From the sequence record SRR20825019_117: a stretch of 64,000 nucleotides of DNA; one strand, given 5' to 3'. Below the pieces are notes generated by a model that was given only the letters and a program-made list of their open reading frames with translations, searched no databases and was not told where the DNA came from. This document shows positions 1 through 10,096 of the stretch, piece by piece. The position numbers and the translations under genes were made by a program. The first letter of the stretch is position 1, and each line of letters begins with the position of its first letter.

Positions 1-1605
1 TCGCAGCACGAATTTCTGGATCTTGCCGGTTGAGGTTTTTGGCAGGTCAGTAAATACGATCGTCTTGGGCACCTTGAAGCGAGCCAATCGTTCACGGCAG
101 AAGTCGATCAGATCCTCCTCGCTCACTTCGCTGGCTTCCGGCTTCAGGGTGATAAACGCACAAGGAGTCTCGCCCCATTTGGCGTCTGGCCGCGCAACCA
201 CCGCTGCCTCCAATACCGACGGATGGCGATACAGAGTGTCTTCCACCTCAATGGTGGAAATATTCTCGCCCCCCGAAATGATGATGTCCTTCAGACGATC
301 CTTGATCTCCATATAACCGTCCTCGTGCCACACAGCCAGATCACCGGTGTGGAACCAACCGCCGCGAAAGGCTTCCTCAGTGGCCTTGGGGTTCTTCAGA
401 TAACCCTTCATTACGGTGTTACCGCGCAGGAAGATCTCGCCAATGGTTTTACCGTCTTTGGGTACCGGCTCCATGGTGCTGGGCTCACCTACCATCGTGC
501 CTGCCAGCGTGTGATAACGAACGCCCTGACGTGCTTTGATCGTGGCTCGCTCATCCAGCGTTTTCTCATCCCACTCGGATTTCCACGCACACACTGTCAC
601 CGGGCCGTATACCTCGGTGAGACCATATACATGGGTAATCGCAATCCCCATTTCCTCAATGGCACCGATAACTTGTGCAGGAGGGGCTGCACCGGCTGTC
701 ATCGCCTTCACCTCGTGATCAATCCCGGCTTTCGCAGACTCTGGCACATTCAACAGAGCGTTGAGCACAATTGGCGCACCGCACATGTGAGTAACCTGAT
801 GATCGCGAATCAGCTGGAGGATTTTCTCCGGGTCCACCCGCCGTAGACACACATGGGTGCCTGCCATCGCTGTGACGGTCCAGGGGAAACACCAGCCGTT
901 GCAGTGGAACATGGGAAGCGTCCACAGGTAGACGGGGTGCTGGCCCATTGACCACACGGCCTGATTGCCAAGGCTGTTCAGATAAGCGCCACGATGGTGG
1001 TAAACCACACCTTTCGGATTGCCGGTGGTGCCTGATGTATAGTTCAGTGAAATTGCATCCCATTCGTTTTCGGGCAGGTTCCACTGGAACTCCGGGTCGC
1101 CTTCCTGAAGGAACGCTTCGTAATCCAGATCGCTCACCTGGATACCCTCACCGTATTCGGGATCGTCAATGTCAATGACCAATGGCTTTGAGTCCAGACG
1201 ACTGATTGCATCGCGAACCACACTACCGAACTCCCGATCGGCCACCACCACTTTGGCTTCAGCGTGCTCAAGCATAAAAGCAATGGCCTCAGCATCCAGT
1301 CGCACGTTAAGAGTGTTGAGCACAGCCCCAATCATCGGAACGCCAAAGTGACATTCCACCATCGCCGGAATATTGGGCAGTATCGCCGCCACCGTGTCGC
1401 CACGACCGATGCCCCTGCTGGAAAGCGCAGAGGCCAGTCGGCGACACCGTTCATAGGTCTGTCCCCAGGTATAGCGAATGGCTCCGTGTATGACTGCCGG
1501 ATAGTCCGGGTAGACACTGGCGGTACGCTCAATAAAGTCGATGGGGGAAAGGACAGAGTGATTGGCGCTGACTGGCTCGAGGCCCTGATCAAAAATTGAT
1601 GTCAT
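1..1605 (-). CDS. Acyl-CoA synthetase (AMP-binding; DmdB/PA4198-like), 3' end runs off the window
   Basis: Manual translation from ATG at 1605 gives MTSIFDQGLEPVSANHSVLSPIDFIERTASVYP..., with the adenylation motif YTSGTTGNPKG and C-terminal PKTSTGKIQKFVLR in the same frame. Absent from the ORF track because the stop lies outside the window. Confidence 0.92.
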   Translation of the reverse strand, partial: MTSIFDQGLEPVSANHSVLSPIDFIERTASVYPDYPAVIHGAIRYTWGQTYERCRRLASALSSRGIGRGDTVAAILPNIPAMVECHFGVPMIGAVLNTLNVRLDAEAIAFMLEHAEAKVVVADREFGSVVRDAISRLDSKPLVIDIDDPEYGEGIQVSDLDYEAFLQEGDPEFQWNLPENEWDAISLNYTSGTTGNPKGVVYHHRGAYLNSLGNQAVWSMGQHPVYLWTLPMFHCNGWCFPWTVTAMAGTHVCLRRVDPEKILQLIRDHQVTHMCGAPIVLNALLNVPESAKAGIDHEVKAMTAGAAPPAQVIGAIEEMGIAITHVYGLTEVYGPVTVCAWKSEWDEKTLDERATIKARQGVRYHTLAGTMVGEPSTMEPVPKDGKTIGEIFLRGNTVMKGYLKNPKATEEAFRGGWFHTGDLAVWHEDGYMEIKDRLKDIIISGGENISTIEVEDTLYRHPSVLEAAVVARPDAKWGETPCAFITLKPEASEVSEEDLIDFCRERLARFKVPKTIVFTDLPKTSTGKIQKFVLR

Positions 1606-1675
1606 TGTATGGTCCTGTAAGCGTCATTATTCTTATGGTGCATTAAAGAAGTCTACCAAAAGGGCTACAATATCT

Positions 1676-1745
1676 GGTATAGAGATACTATTTTATAGCA
1701 ACACTACTAGAAATTACACCAATGTATTATAGTGTATTTACTATA
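1676..1745. promoter_or_regulatory. AT-rich divergent promoter region with repeated TATAG..ACTA elements (candidate response-regulator sites)
   Basis: TATAGAGATACTAT (1678-1691), TATAGCAACACTAC (1694-1707) and the palindrome TATAGT-N6-ACTATA (1728-1745). Confidence 0.4.
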
Positions 1746-1750
1746 TTAAA

Positions 1751-3256
1751 ATGAAAAATAACCAAGGAAGCACTATCACAACCTTCCAGCTGCCAAGTTC
1801 CGACCCTGAAGCAGGGCTTATACTCGATTCCGACGGCCAGCTGCTAGGCTTGAATCAGGCAGCGAAAGATCTGTGTGCGGAGACCGGAACCGACAACCCG
1901 ATCAGACTGCTACCAGTCAATTTCTCAGCTCTGATCAATGCCTGCCTTACCCAGGGGCGCGCTATTGAAGGCGTGGAGAGTCGTCTGCATTCGGCCACCC
2001 TGTCGTGGACGTTCATTCCCGACCAGGACTCTCGCCAGATTCTGGCACGGGGACGGGATGTCACAGACAACATTCGGAAACTGGACGAGGCAACCCGATC
2101 CAGCCGGCTTTACCGATTGATTACCGAAAACACTACAGACCTTATTTCCCGGCATGCACCGGATGGCAGGTTCATTGATGCCACGCCGGCATCCTGGAGG
2201 CTGCTGGGGTACTGGCCTGAGGAACTTAGGGGCAAACCTCTTGAAGAGGTATTCCGAAGCAATGCCTTCAGCGCCGAAATGGAGGAAGCCCGTAACCGGC
2301 TTCGGGACGAAGGCTACGCCACCATGACCATAGAGATCACCCACCGGGACGGCAGCAAGCGATGGTTTGAAATCGCCAGCCGGGCGATCAGGGAAACCTA
2401 CACCGGAGCAGTGATCGAGGCCGTCAGCGTCTCACGAGACATTACCGCAAGGGTAAAGTCGGAAGAAAACAACCGCCGACTGGCCGAAGAACTCGCCCAC
2501 ACTGCCCGCCTGGCGACACTGGGCGAACTGGCATCCAGTATCGCCCACGAGATGAACCAGCCACTGGCGTCGATCGTTAACTTTGCCAGTGCAAGCCAGC
2601 GTTATCTGAAACTGGCCCTGGAGTACCCGGAGAACCTCGAGCGGGTGGACGATGGTCTGCAGCGAATCACTCATCACGCCAACCGCGCCTCGGAAGTCAT
2701 CAAGCGACTGCGGGCCTTTCTACGTAAGGGGCAGCAACGCACAGCGCCGGTTAACATCAATGACGCGGTAACCAACGTCAAGCGACTATGCCAATGGGAT
2801 GCAGACAAACATAATGTTGTCATCCAGGAGAACCTAACGCCGCTCAACCCCGTACTCACTGCCGACCCGGTCTTACTCGAGCAGGTGTTGATCAACCTGA
2901 TTCGCAACGGTATCGACGCCAATACCGAAGCCCGGCAGGATAACAACGCCCCATCTCACATTAAGATTGAAACCTGCATAACACCGGCGCAGGAGACCCT
3001 GATCAAGGTGACTGACCACGGAACGGGCCTTGACGAGGAAGGCCTGCGACACATGTTCACGCCCTTCTATACCAGCAAACCTCAAGGACTTGGCCTTGGA
3101 CTTTCCATGAGTCGCTCCATTATTGAGGGATATGGCGGCTTTCTGGACGCACAACCAGCCGACGGTGGCGGCCTGACACTGATATGCCGCTTCCCTCCTC
3201 CCCACTGCAAAAAGAATGAATCCGGCAACCCTAGGGAGACAGACCAGGATGAGTGA
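1751..3256 (+). CDS. Cytoplasmic PAS-domain sensor histidine kinase (BfiS-like)
   Basis: PAS (LITENTTDLISRH), H-box AHEMNQPL, N-box NLIRNG, G-boxes DHGTG and GLGLGLS; no transmembrane segment visible. Confidence 0.92.
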   Translation: MKNNQGSTITTFQLPSSDPEAGLILDSDGQLLGLNQAAKDLCAETGTDNPIRLLPVNFSALINACLTQGRAIEGVESRLHSATLSWTFIPDQDSRQILARGRDVTDNIRKLDEATRSSRLYRLITENTTDLISRHAPDGRFIDATPASWRLLGYWPEELRGKPLEEVFRSNAFSAEMEEARNRLRDEGYATMTIEITHRDGSKRWFEIASRAIRETYTGAVIEAVSVSRDITARVKSEENNRRLAEELAHTARLATLGELASSIAHEMNQPLASIVNFASASQRYLKLALEYPENLERVDDGLQRITHHANRASEVIKRLRAFLRKGQQRTAPVNINDAVTNVKRLCQWDADKHNVVIQENLTPLNPVLTADPVLLEQVLINLIRNGIDANTEARQDNNAPSHIKIETCITPAQETLIKVTDHGTGLDEEGLRHMFTPFYTSKPQGLGLGLSMSRSIIEGYGGFLDAQPADGGGLTLICRFPPPHCKKNESGNPRETDQDE

Positions 3257-3887
3257 TTCAGCCAATACCGTTTATGTTGTAGACGATGATGCCGGCATGC
3301 TGGAGTCCACCCAGTGGCTGCTGGAGTCCGTTGGCCTACACGTGCAGCCTTATGCAGATGGCCGGCAATTTCTGAACGCCGTTAATCCGGAGCATACCGG
3401 CTGCGTGGTCCTCGACATACGGATGCCTGGACTCGGCGGCCTGAACGTTCAGGAAGAGCTTCAAAACCGGGGCTCGCAACTTCCCATCATCTTTCTCTCT
3501 GGCCACGCGGATGTGCCCATCGTAGTACGCGCCTTCAAATCCGGGGCTTTTGATTTCATCGAGAAGCCATTCAACGAACAACTTCTTCTGGATAGCGTCC
3601 AGCAGGCCCTTCAGGAACATCAGAAAACCAATAGTCAACAACGTGGAGACCAGCATACTGACACGCTTGTCGCTTCTCTCACACGGCGGGAACGGGATGT
3701 ATTCATGCCATTGGCACAAGGATACACCAGCAGGGAAATAGCGGAGCAACTGGGCATCGGCGTGAAGACAATTGACTTGTACAGGGCGCGCGTAATGAAA
3801 CGGCTAGGTGTGGAGCGCGTGCCGGATGTTACGGGCATTGCGGTTGCCATCGGCCTGCTGGATCCGATGAGCCTGCGAAAAAAATAG
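3249..3887 (+). CDS. FixJ/LuxR-family response regulator
   Basis: Receiver (VYVVDDD, LDIRMPG, FIEKPF) plus LuxR HTH (LTRRE...SREIAEQLGIGVKTI). Start set at MSDSAN, overlapping the kinase end. Confidence 0.93.
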   Translation: MSDSANTVYVVDDDAGMLESTQWLLESVGLHVQPYADGRQFLNAVNPEHTGCVVLDIRMPGLGGLNVQEELQNRGSQLPIIFLSGHADVPIVVRAFKSGAFDFIEKPFNEQLLLDSVQQALQEHQKTNSQQRGDQHTDTLVASLTRRERDVFMPLAQGYTSREIAEQLGIGVKTIDLYRARVMKRLGVERVPDVTGIAVAIGLLDPMSLRKK

Positions 3888-3894
3888 GCCCGAG

Positions 3895-5313
3895 TCAGGC
3901 CCGGGACCCAGCCGCCACAGCCGTTGCGATGGCACCGAGGCGCGCAATGGCTTGCTCAACCCGCTCACTCCAGGGATTGGCACCATTCAGCCGCAGGCAA
4001 TTTTCGTACTTGTCGGTGATGGAGAACATCAGACCCGGAGCTACGTTGATATTCTCCTCCCGTGCCCGACGAAACACCTCTGTACCGGAAACTGTGCGCG
4101 GAAGCTGAACCCACAGCACGAAACCGCCCTGGGGACGGCTGACAGCCGTACCTTCCGGGAAGGAGCGTCCTACTGCCGCACGCATACGGTCCGTTGCCTC
4201 GCGGTAACGCTGCCGGGCTGAACGCAGGTATCGGTCGTAACCGCCCTGCTCCAGGAAATGCGCTACGGCAATCTGCGGCACACTCGCCGTACCCAAATTA
4301 CTGAAATACTTCTGCTGCCGTGCTTCGGCGAGGTATTTTCCCGGCATCATCCATCCCAGACGCAAACCGGGCGAGATGGTCTTAGAGAAGGAGTTGCAAT
4401 AGATAACGTTGCCGGTGCGATCAAAGACTTTTGCCGGTCTGGGTCGATGGGTGCCGTAATACAAATCGCCGTAGATGTCGTCCTCAATCAAAGGAACGCC
4501 CGCCGCTTCCAGCATCCTTACCATCTGCTGCTTGCGAAGATCAGACATCGTCGCGCCCATGGGATTGCTGTGGTTGGGGACCACCACGCATGCCTTCACC
4601 GGCCACTGTTCCAGCGCCAACTCCAACCCCTCCAGGCTCAGCCCTTCCGAAGGGTGCGTGGGCACTTCAATGACCCGGAGCCCAACCACGTCCAGCGCCT
4701 GGAGGATGCCCGGGAACGATGGTGACTCGACAACCACGATATCCCCAGGCGAAGTGACCGCCTGCAGGGCAAGAATAATGGCTTCCTGGGCACCGTTGGT
4801 GGCAAGAATGTCGTCGGGCGTGGTAATAATCCCCAATGCGGCCATTCGCTGGGCCACCTGACGGCGATACTCGATCTTGCCGGGAAAGGCATAGTCTAAT
4901 GTTTCCAGCCCTCGCCGTGCAGCCCAGAGGGTGGCATGCTGAATCTGCCGCACAGGCAGGAAATCGGGATGTGGCACAGCGGCCGCCAGAGGCACCATGC
5001 GTTTCTCTTCGTCAGCACAAAGATCAAGCGCCATGTCACGGGCACTCACCGGCACCGGCTTGGCTTTGTGCTTCTGCATCACCGGTTCTGGTGTATCCCG
5101 CCTGGGCAGATGCACAAAATAGCCGCTGCGCTCTCGCGCTTCGAGGTAGCCTCGGGCCTCCAGCGTCTGGTGTGCTTGAAGCACCGTTGACACGCTCACG
5201 CCAAACTGGCGACTGAGCGCCCGAACACCAGGCAACCGCTCACCTTCGCGATAAACCCCATCACGAATCAACGCGTGTAACTGGTCTGCTACCTGATTAT
5301 AGAGAATGCCCAT
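3895..5313 (-). CDS. MocR/GntR-family PLP-dependent transcriptional regulator
   Basis: N-terminal wHTH (GERLPGVRALSRQFGVSVSTV) plus aminotransferase domain (IEDDIY, SFSKTISPGLRLG). Start at MGILYNQ. Confidence 0.93.
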   Translation of the reverse strand: MGILYNQVADQLHALIRDGVYREGERLPGVRALSRQFGVSVSTVLQAHQTLEARGYLEARERSGYFVHLPRRDTPEPVMQKHKAKPVPVSARDMALDLCADEEKRMVPLAAAVPHPDFLPVRQIQHATLWAARRGLETLDYAFPGKIEYRRQVAQRMAALGIITTPDDILATNGAQEAIILALQAVTSPGDIVVVESPSFPGILQALDVVGLRVIEVPTHPSEGLSLEGLELALEQWPVKACVVVPNHSNPMGATMSDLRKQQMVRMLEAAGVPLIEDDIYGDLYYGTHRPRPAKVFDRTGNVIYCNSFSKTISPGLRLGWMMPGKYLAEARQQKYFSNLGTASVPQIAVAHFLEQGGYDRYLRSARQRYREATDRMRAAVGRSFPEGTAVSRPQGGFVLWVQLPRTVSGTEVFRRAREENINVAPGLMFSITDKYENCLRLNGANPWSERVEQAIARLGAIATAVAAGSRA

Positions 5314-5351
5314 CGCTTCATCCTGCCAGATCAATCCAGAATGGCTGCAGT

Positions 5352-5455
5352 ACAGATCAAACAGATTCTCACCAGCACAGATGTCGAACAAAAAAGCCTG
5401 TACCGGTCCAAAATCACAATATCTGAATCTGTTATGGTTGTCTGTATAAACAGAG
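5352..5455. promoter_or_regulatory. Candidate MocR operator array
   Basis: ACAGAT at 5352, 5361 and 5377; inverted ATCTGA/ATCTGT at 5421 and 5427, all in the divergent intergenic region. Confidence 0.5.
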
Positions 5456-5503
5456 AATGGTGACCCTGGCCATCACTCATCGAATCTCACGAAAGGAAAG
5501 GGA

Positions 5504-6313
5504 ATGAAAACACTACCGATTTACCAGGTCGACGCCTTCGCCAATCAGGTTTTCGGCGGCAACCCCGCGGCCGTCATGCCACTTGAAGAGTGGCTGCCAG
5601 ACGACACCATGCAGAAACTGGCACTGGAAAATCACCTCTCGGAAACAGCCTTTCTGGTGCCCTTACCCGAGGAAGCGGACGAAGACTTCCACATACGCTG
5701 GTTCACCCCTGGCACTGAAGTGCCGCTATGCGGTCACGCCACACTCGCCAGCGCCTGGGTTCTATTCAACAAGCTCGGGTGGCAAAAGGAACAAATCCGA
5801 TTCCAGTCCAAAAGCGGGCCCCTGGGAGTGAAACAGACCGACGACGGCTGGCTGGAACTGGATTTCCCCAATCTGGGCTTTGAGGAACGCCCGACACCCA
5901 GCCTGATTCTGGAAGCCCTGGAAGGCTGCCCGAACACTTCGTTCTTTGTCCCCAAAGACACCAATTACCTCATCGTCCTCGGAGACGAAGCGGCAGTAAA
6001 AACTGCGCAGCCGGACATCCGCAAGCTCAAGGAACTTGGTAATCTGGGCGTCATCATCACTGCGCCTGGCAATGACTGCGACTTCGTCAGCCGTTACTTC
6101 GCCCCCGGCGGCGGCATTGATGAAGACCCAGTCACCGGCTCAATCCACAGTATTCTGGTGCCCTACTGGGCCGAAAAACTCGGCAAGAATCACCTGTTGG
6201 CACACCAGGTGTCCGTAAGGGGCGGCGTTCTGCGATGTGAACTGAAGGGCGACCGCGTCGCCATTGCGGGCCAGGCGGCATTCTATATGGAAGGTTCCGT
6301 GCAACTGCCCTAA
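5504..6313 (+). CDS. PhzF-family isomerase/epimerase
   Basis: QVDAF..GGNPAAV, SETAF, EVPLCGHAT and EDPVTGS motifs. Confidence 0.94.
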   Translation: MKTLPIYQVDAFANQVFGGNPAAVMPLEEWLPDDTMQKLALENHLSETAFLVPLPEEADEDFHIRWFTPGTEVPLCGHATLASAWVLFNKLGWQKEQIRFQSKSGPLGVKQTDDGWLELDFPNLGFEERPTPSLILEALEGCPNTSFFVPKDTNYLIVLGDEAAVKTAQPDIRKLKELGNLGVIITAPGNDCDFVSRYFAPGGGIDEDPVTGSIHSILVPYWAEKLGKNHLLAHQVSVRGGVLRCELKGDRVAIAGQAAFYMEGSVQLP

Positions 6314-6374
6314 CGTCTTCGCAAAAATGTATACTGCGCCGGAACTCCCAGAGCCAACACTGTAACTTCAAATC

Positions 6375-7559
6375 ATGACAACCCAGAACTACGACGTCAT
6401 CATCATAGGCGCCGGCGCCGCAGGCCTGATGTGCGCTCTAACCGCAGGCTACCGTGGCCGCAGCGTGCTGTTGATCGACCACGCCAACAAACCCGGCAAG
6501 AAGATCCTCATGTCCGGCGGTGGCCGCTGCAACTTCACCAACCTCAACAGCACGCCGGCCAACTTCCTCTCGGACAACCCCCACTATTGCATCTCAGCGT
6601 TAAAACGCTACACCCCCCAGCACTTCCTGGACCTGGTTGAACGTCACGGTATTGAGCACGAAGAAAAAGCCGCCGGCCAGCTTTTCTGCAAGGAGAGCAG
6701 CAAGGACATCCTCAACATGCTGCTGACCGAATGTGAATGGGCGGGCGCAGAAGTACGGCTCAAGACAAGCGTCGATACAATCAGCGGTGTCGATCACGGC
6801 TACCAGCTACAAACAAACAGCGGCACCCTGACCTGTGAATCCCTGGTCATCGCCTGCGGTGGGCTGTCCATCCCCACCATGGGCGCAACCGGCTTTGGCT
6901 ACGATATTGCGAAACAGTTCGGGCTTGCCATACTGCCCACCCGGGCAGGGTTGGTGCCCTTCACCCTGCACCCGGAGCTGAAAGAACAGTTGGCGCCCCT
7001 GTCCGGCGTCAGTTGCCCTGTGGATGTGCATTGCAACAACGAACATTTCCGCGAACCGATGCTGGTCACCCACCGCGGGCTCAGTGGCCCTTCGATGCTG
7101 CAGATTTCCAGCTTCTGGCACCCCGGCGACAGCCTGAACATTAACATGCTGCCCGCCACCAACGTAGAACAGGACCTGCACCACCTGCGGAAATCAAAAC
7201 CGCAATCCACGGTGGCCCAATACCTTGCACAACACCTGCCCAAACGCTTCGCCCAGGCCCTGAACGACGTTCACGGCTGGGCCGGCCCACTGCAGGGCTA
7301 TAAAAACAGCGACATAGAGCAGGTGGCCCGCGCCCTGGACCAATGGACCATCAAACCTGCCGGCACCGAAGGCTATCGAACGGCCGAAGTAACCCTGGGT
7401 GGCGTGGATACCCGCCAGCTGTCATCAAAAACCATGGCGGTTCTGGACAGGCCGGATCTGTATTTTATTGGCGAGGTGGTGGATGTGACGGGGCACTTGG
7501 GCGGGCATAACTTTCAGTGGGCCTGGGCCTCGGGTGTGGCAGCAGGGAGCGCTGCCTGA
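6375..7559 (+). CDS. HI0933/YhiN-family flavoprotein
   Basis: GAGAAG, GKKILMSGGGRCNFTN, AEVTLGGV, GGHNFQWAWASG. Confidence 0.93.
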   Translation: MTTQNYDVIIIGAGAAGLMCALTAGYRGRSVLLIDHANKPGKKILMSGGGRCNFTNLNSTPANFLSDNPHYCISALKRYTPQHFLDLVERHGIEHEEKAAGQLFCKESSKDILNMLLTECEWAGAEVRLKTSVDTISGVDHGYQLQTNSGTLTCESLVIACGGLSIPTMGATGFGYDIAKQFGLAILPTRAGLVPFTLHPELKEQLAPLSGVSCPVDVHCNNEHFREPMLVTHRGLSGPSMLQISSFWHPGDSLNINMLPATNVEQDLHHLRKSKPQSTVAQYLAQHLPKRFAQALNDVHGWAGPLQGYKNSDIEQVARALDQWTIKPAGTEGYRTAEVTLGGVDTRQLSSKTMAVLDRPDLYFIGEVVDVTGHLGGHNFQWAWASGVAAGSAA

Positions 7560-7579
7560 CACCCCGGGCAAAGCCCAGA

Positions 7580-9169
7580 CTAAAGGTATTTCTCGATAGG
7601 CAACCACGACAAGAACCCGGACTTCGCCCGGCGCCACCAATGGACGGTCGGCTCACTGCCATATACCGCCTCACCGCTGCGCCACTGGAGATCTCCGTCC
7701 TCGTCCAGAGCCACCTCCCAGCTATTGCCGGGCGCCATGGTCAGCCGTACATCCTCCGCCACACGCTCTGCCAGGTCGGCACTGTGGATAATCAATACGG
7801 TTTCACCGTTGAGGTAGATGGAGCGGAGGTTAACGTTGAAGGACCCCACCACCAGGGTGCTGCGATCAAAAACCACTGATTTGGAGTGCAGGCTGACCTC
7901 GCCCGTGGCGCAGAAGGCGTCGTCACTCAACCATTGCCGGCAGGCCTCGGCATCAGGCTTGAGTTCGTAGATGTCTATGCCCTGCTCCAGCATGTAGGGA
8001 CGCCAGCGGGCATAACCGGCATGGTTGGTGACCAGATCATTGGAAGCCAGAGAGTTGGTCAGCGCGGCAACCTCCAGTTGCGGGCGCTCATTGGCACCCA
8101 GGGCCTGCAACTGTTCCCTGGCAAGAATGAGGTAGGCGGACTCGATCAGGATTTCCCGGGTGGCTGTCTGCGCCAGGCGTTGCAACGCCAGTGCGCTCCG
8201 TTTGGGTGTCTCGGATGGCGCGTCCATATGTTCAGGGGGAGGGTCAAACACCAGTTCCCCCTGAGCAATCGTCATTCGGCTGAACACGCTGGTCAGTTCA
8301 GACCTGCCCTGTTCCGCCCCGGTGGGGGAAGAGATGGGGAGCCGGGGTTGTGCGATGGCCTGCTGCCGAAGCCCCTCCAGCGTCTCGGCCAACTCCGTGC
8401 CAGTAGGCATGGATGTGTATAGATCGGAAGCGGGGTAAGCCCAGGGGCTGCTCCAGTAAGCCTGGAAATTATCCGCCATACCCTCAACCACCGGCCCCAG
8501 GGCAAGGACATCGCGATCCCTGAAATAGCGGCTCTCATCGAAGCCGAAATATTCATCACCAATGTTGCGACCACCGACAATGCCCGCAGTCCCGTCAACC
8601 ACAAATGTCTTGTTGTGCATTCGGCGGTTTATTCGCTGGAAATCCATCAGGAACGATACCCATCGGCCCCAGCCACTGCGGTTTCTGGCTGGGTTGAAGA
8701 TGCGAATATGAATATTTGGGTGGGTATCCAGGGAAGCAAACAATTCGCCGATCCCCTCGGCGTTAAAGTCATCCAGCAGCAGCCGGACCTTAACACCACG
8801 GTCCGCTGCGAGTAACAGCCGGCCGGCCAGGTGCAGTCCGGAGTCATCACGGTTCCAGATGTAGTACTGAGCATCAATACGGTGTTCAGCCGCCTCAATC
8901 ATAGCGGCTCGGTACAGGAAAGCGTCCTGACCAGAATCCAGCAGGTAATAACCGGATTGACCGTTCGCGTCAGCTAGCCGTTGCCGGGACTGGCTGGAAA
9001 GGAAACTGTCGTCAGTCAACACGGCGGTTTCGGCTCCGGAATGAGTGGCCGGCGGCAAACTGCCGGCACAGCCTGTCAGCAACACTAGCAGCACTAGCAG
9101 CCCTGGCAGCCCCGACAGAAAGTAGCGTGCCGACATCAGCCCGGCAACAGAGCGCCGCTGGTTCAGCAT
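7580..9169 (-). CDS. Phospholipase D family lipoprotein (ClsC/YmdC-like)
   Basis: Two HKD motifs (RMHNKTFVVD, SLHSKSVVFD) and lipobox LLTGC. Alternative start at 9136. Confidence 0.9.
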   Translation of the reverse strand: MLNQRRSVAGLMSARYFLSGLPGLLVLLVLLTGCAGSLPPATHSGAETAVLTDDSFLSSQSRQRLADANGQSGYYLLDSGQDAFLYRAAMIEAAEHRIDAQYYIWNRDDSGLHLAGRLLLAADRGVKVRLLLDDFNAEGIGELFASLDTHPNIHIRIFNPARNRSGWGRWVSFLMDFQRINRRMHNKTFVVDGTAGIVGGRNIGDEYFGFDESRYFRDRDVLALGPVVEGMADNFQAYWSSPWAYPASDLYTSMPTGTELAETLEGLRQQAIAQPRLPISSPTGAEQGRSELTSVFSRMTIAQGELVFDPPPEHMDAPSETPKRSALALQRLAQTATREILIESAYLILAREQLQALGANERPQLEVAALTNSLASNDLVTNHAGYARWRPYMLEQGIDIYELKPDAEACRQWLSDDAFCATGEVSLHSKSVVFDRSTLVVGSFNVNLRSIYLNGETVLIIHSADLAERVAEDVRLTMAPGNSWEVALDEDGDLQWRSGEAVYGSEPTVHWWRRAKSGFLSWLPIEKYL

Positions 9170-10095
9170 TAGCGCAGGATCACCAGCGGCTTTTTCGCGG
9201 TTTTCAGCATGGTGGTTGTGGTGCTTCCCACCAGGAACTGTCGAATTCGTGAATGGCCATAGGCACCCATTACCAGGATGTCGATGTCGTGTTCTTCCTG
9301 GTAGGCGTGGAGCGTTGGCTCTACATCCCCGGCGCGGATCGCGAGGGTGATGTCGGAGCCAAGGTCACCCAGCATCTTCTCTGCTTTCTTGAGCTGTTCC
9401 CAGCGGTCATTGGTGTCCGCTCCAATCATCACCAGATGAATCGGCATGCCTTTCAGTACCGGGCTACCCGCCAGAAGTTCCACGCCCTTGAACGCCGTGG
9501 CGCTGCCGTCAAAAGCCAGCATGGCGCTCTTTGGCTGCTCATACTCGTCCGGAACCAGAAGAATCGGGCGGTGGACACTACGAATCACCGTTTCCAGTTG
9601 GCTGCCCACATGTACGTCACGGTCTGAACTGCTCTCACCGTGCAGCCCCATGACCAGCAGACGGGTCTGGTTTTCCAGGGCCAGCAGGGATTCCGTCAGA
9701 TCCCCATGGCGCTGGCGCTTGATCACGTCGTCAATGCCCTGTTCCTTCACCCGGTGTTCTGCCTCATCGAGCATGTGATGGCCGTGTTCCAGGGCCAGCT
9801 TGGAACGCTTGCGGTCAAGCTCGGCAAGCTCATCCATCAGCTGTTCACGGCTTCCCAAGCCAATGCTACCAGCCAGGTCCGGCTCTGTTGGATAGCGTTC
9901 CTCGTCGAGAACGTGCAGCAGAGTCATCGGGGTTTCCATGTGCTTGCTGGCCCAGGCAGCGTAATCACACACCGCCGGTGCAGCCCGGGAGCCGTCGATA
10001 CAGGCAACTACTCGTAGCATTTCAACCTCGCCTTGGTGATCCTTGTGGTTGTTATTCTGACCGGTTACGTCTTTGAATTCCTTGGCTTGTGTCAT
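9169..10095 (-). CDS. Tandem-domain universal stress protein
   Basis: [36 protein letters not shown]. Start may be 10020 (MLRVVAC). Confidence 0.92.
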   Translation of the reverse strand: MTQAKEFKDVTGQNNNHKDHQGEVEMLRVVACIDGSRAAPAVCDYAAWASKHMETPMTLLHVLDEERYPTEPDLAGSIGLGSREQLMDELAELDRKRSKLALEHGHHMLDEAEHRVKEQGIDDVIKRQRHGDLTESLLALENQTRLLVMGLHGESSSDRDVHVGSQLETVIRSVHRPILLVPDEYEQPKSAMLAFDGSATAFKGVELLAGSPVLKGMPIHLVMIGADTNDRWEQLKKAEKMLGDLGSDITLAIRAGDVEPTLHAYQEEHDIDILVMGAYGHSRIRQFLVGSTTTTMLKTAKKPLVILR

Positions 10096-10096
10096 A

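Noticed and set aside
23-1599. Plus-strand ORFs 23-316, 223-846 and 1264-1599
   Set aside because: Antisense shadows of the acyl-CoA synthetase. The same applies to most other overlapping ORFs in the track, such as 10073-10900, 16159-17040, 27467-28246, 38539-39492 and 57816-58763.
5504-6313. Phenazine biosynthesis cluster
   Set aside because: Lone PhzF-family gene with no other phz genes.
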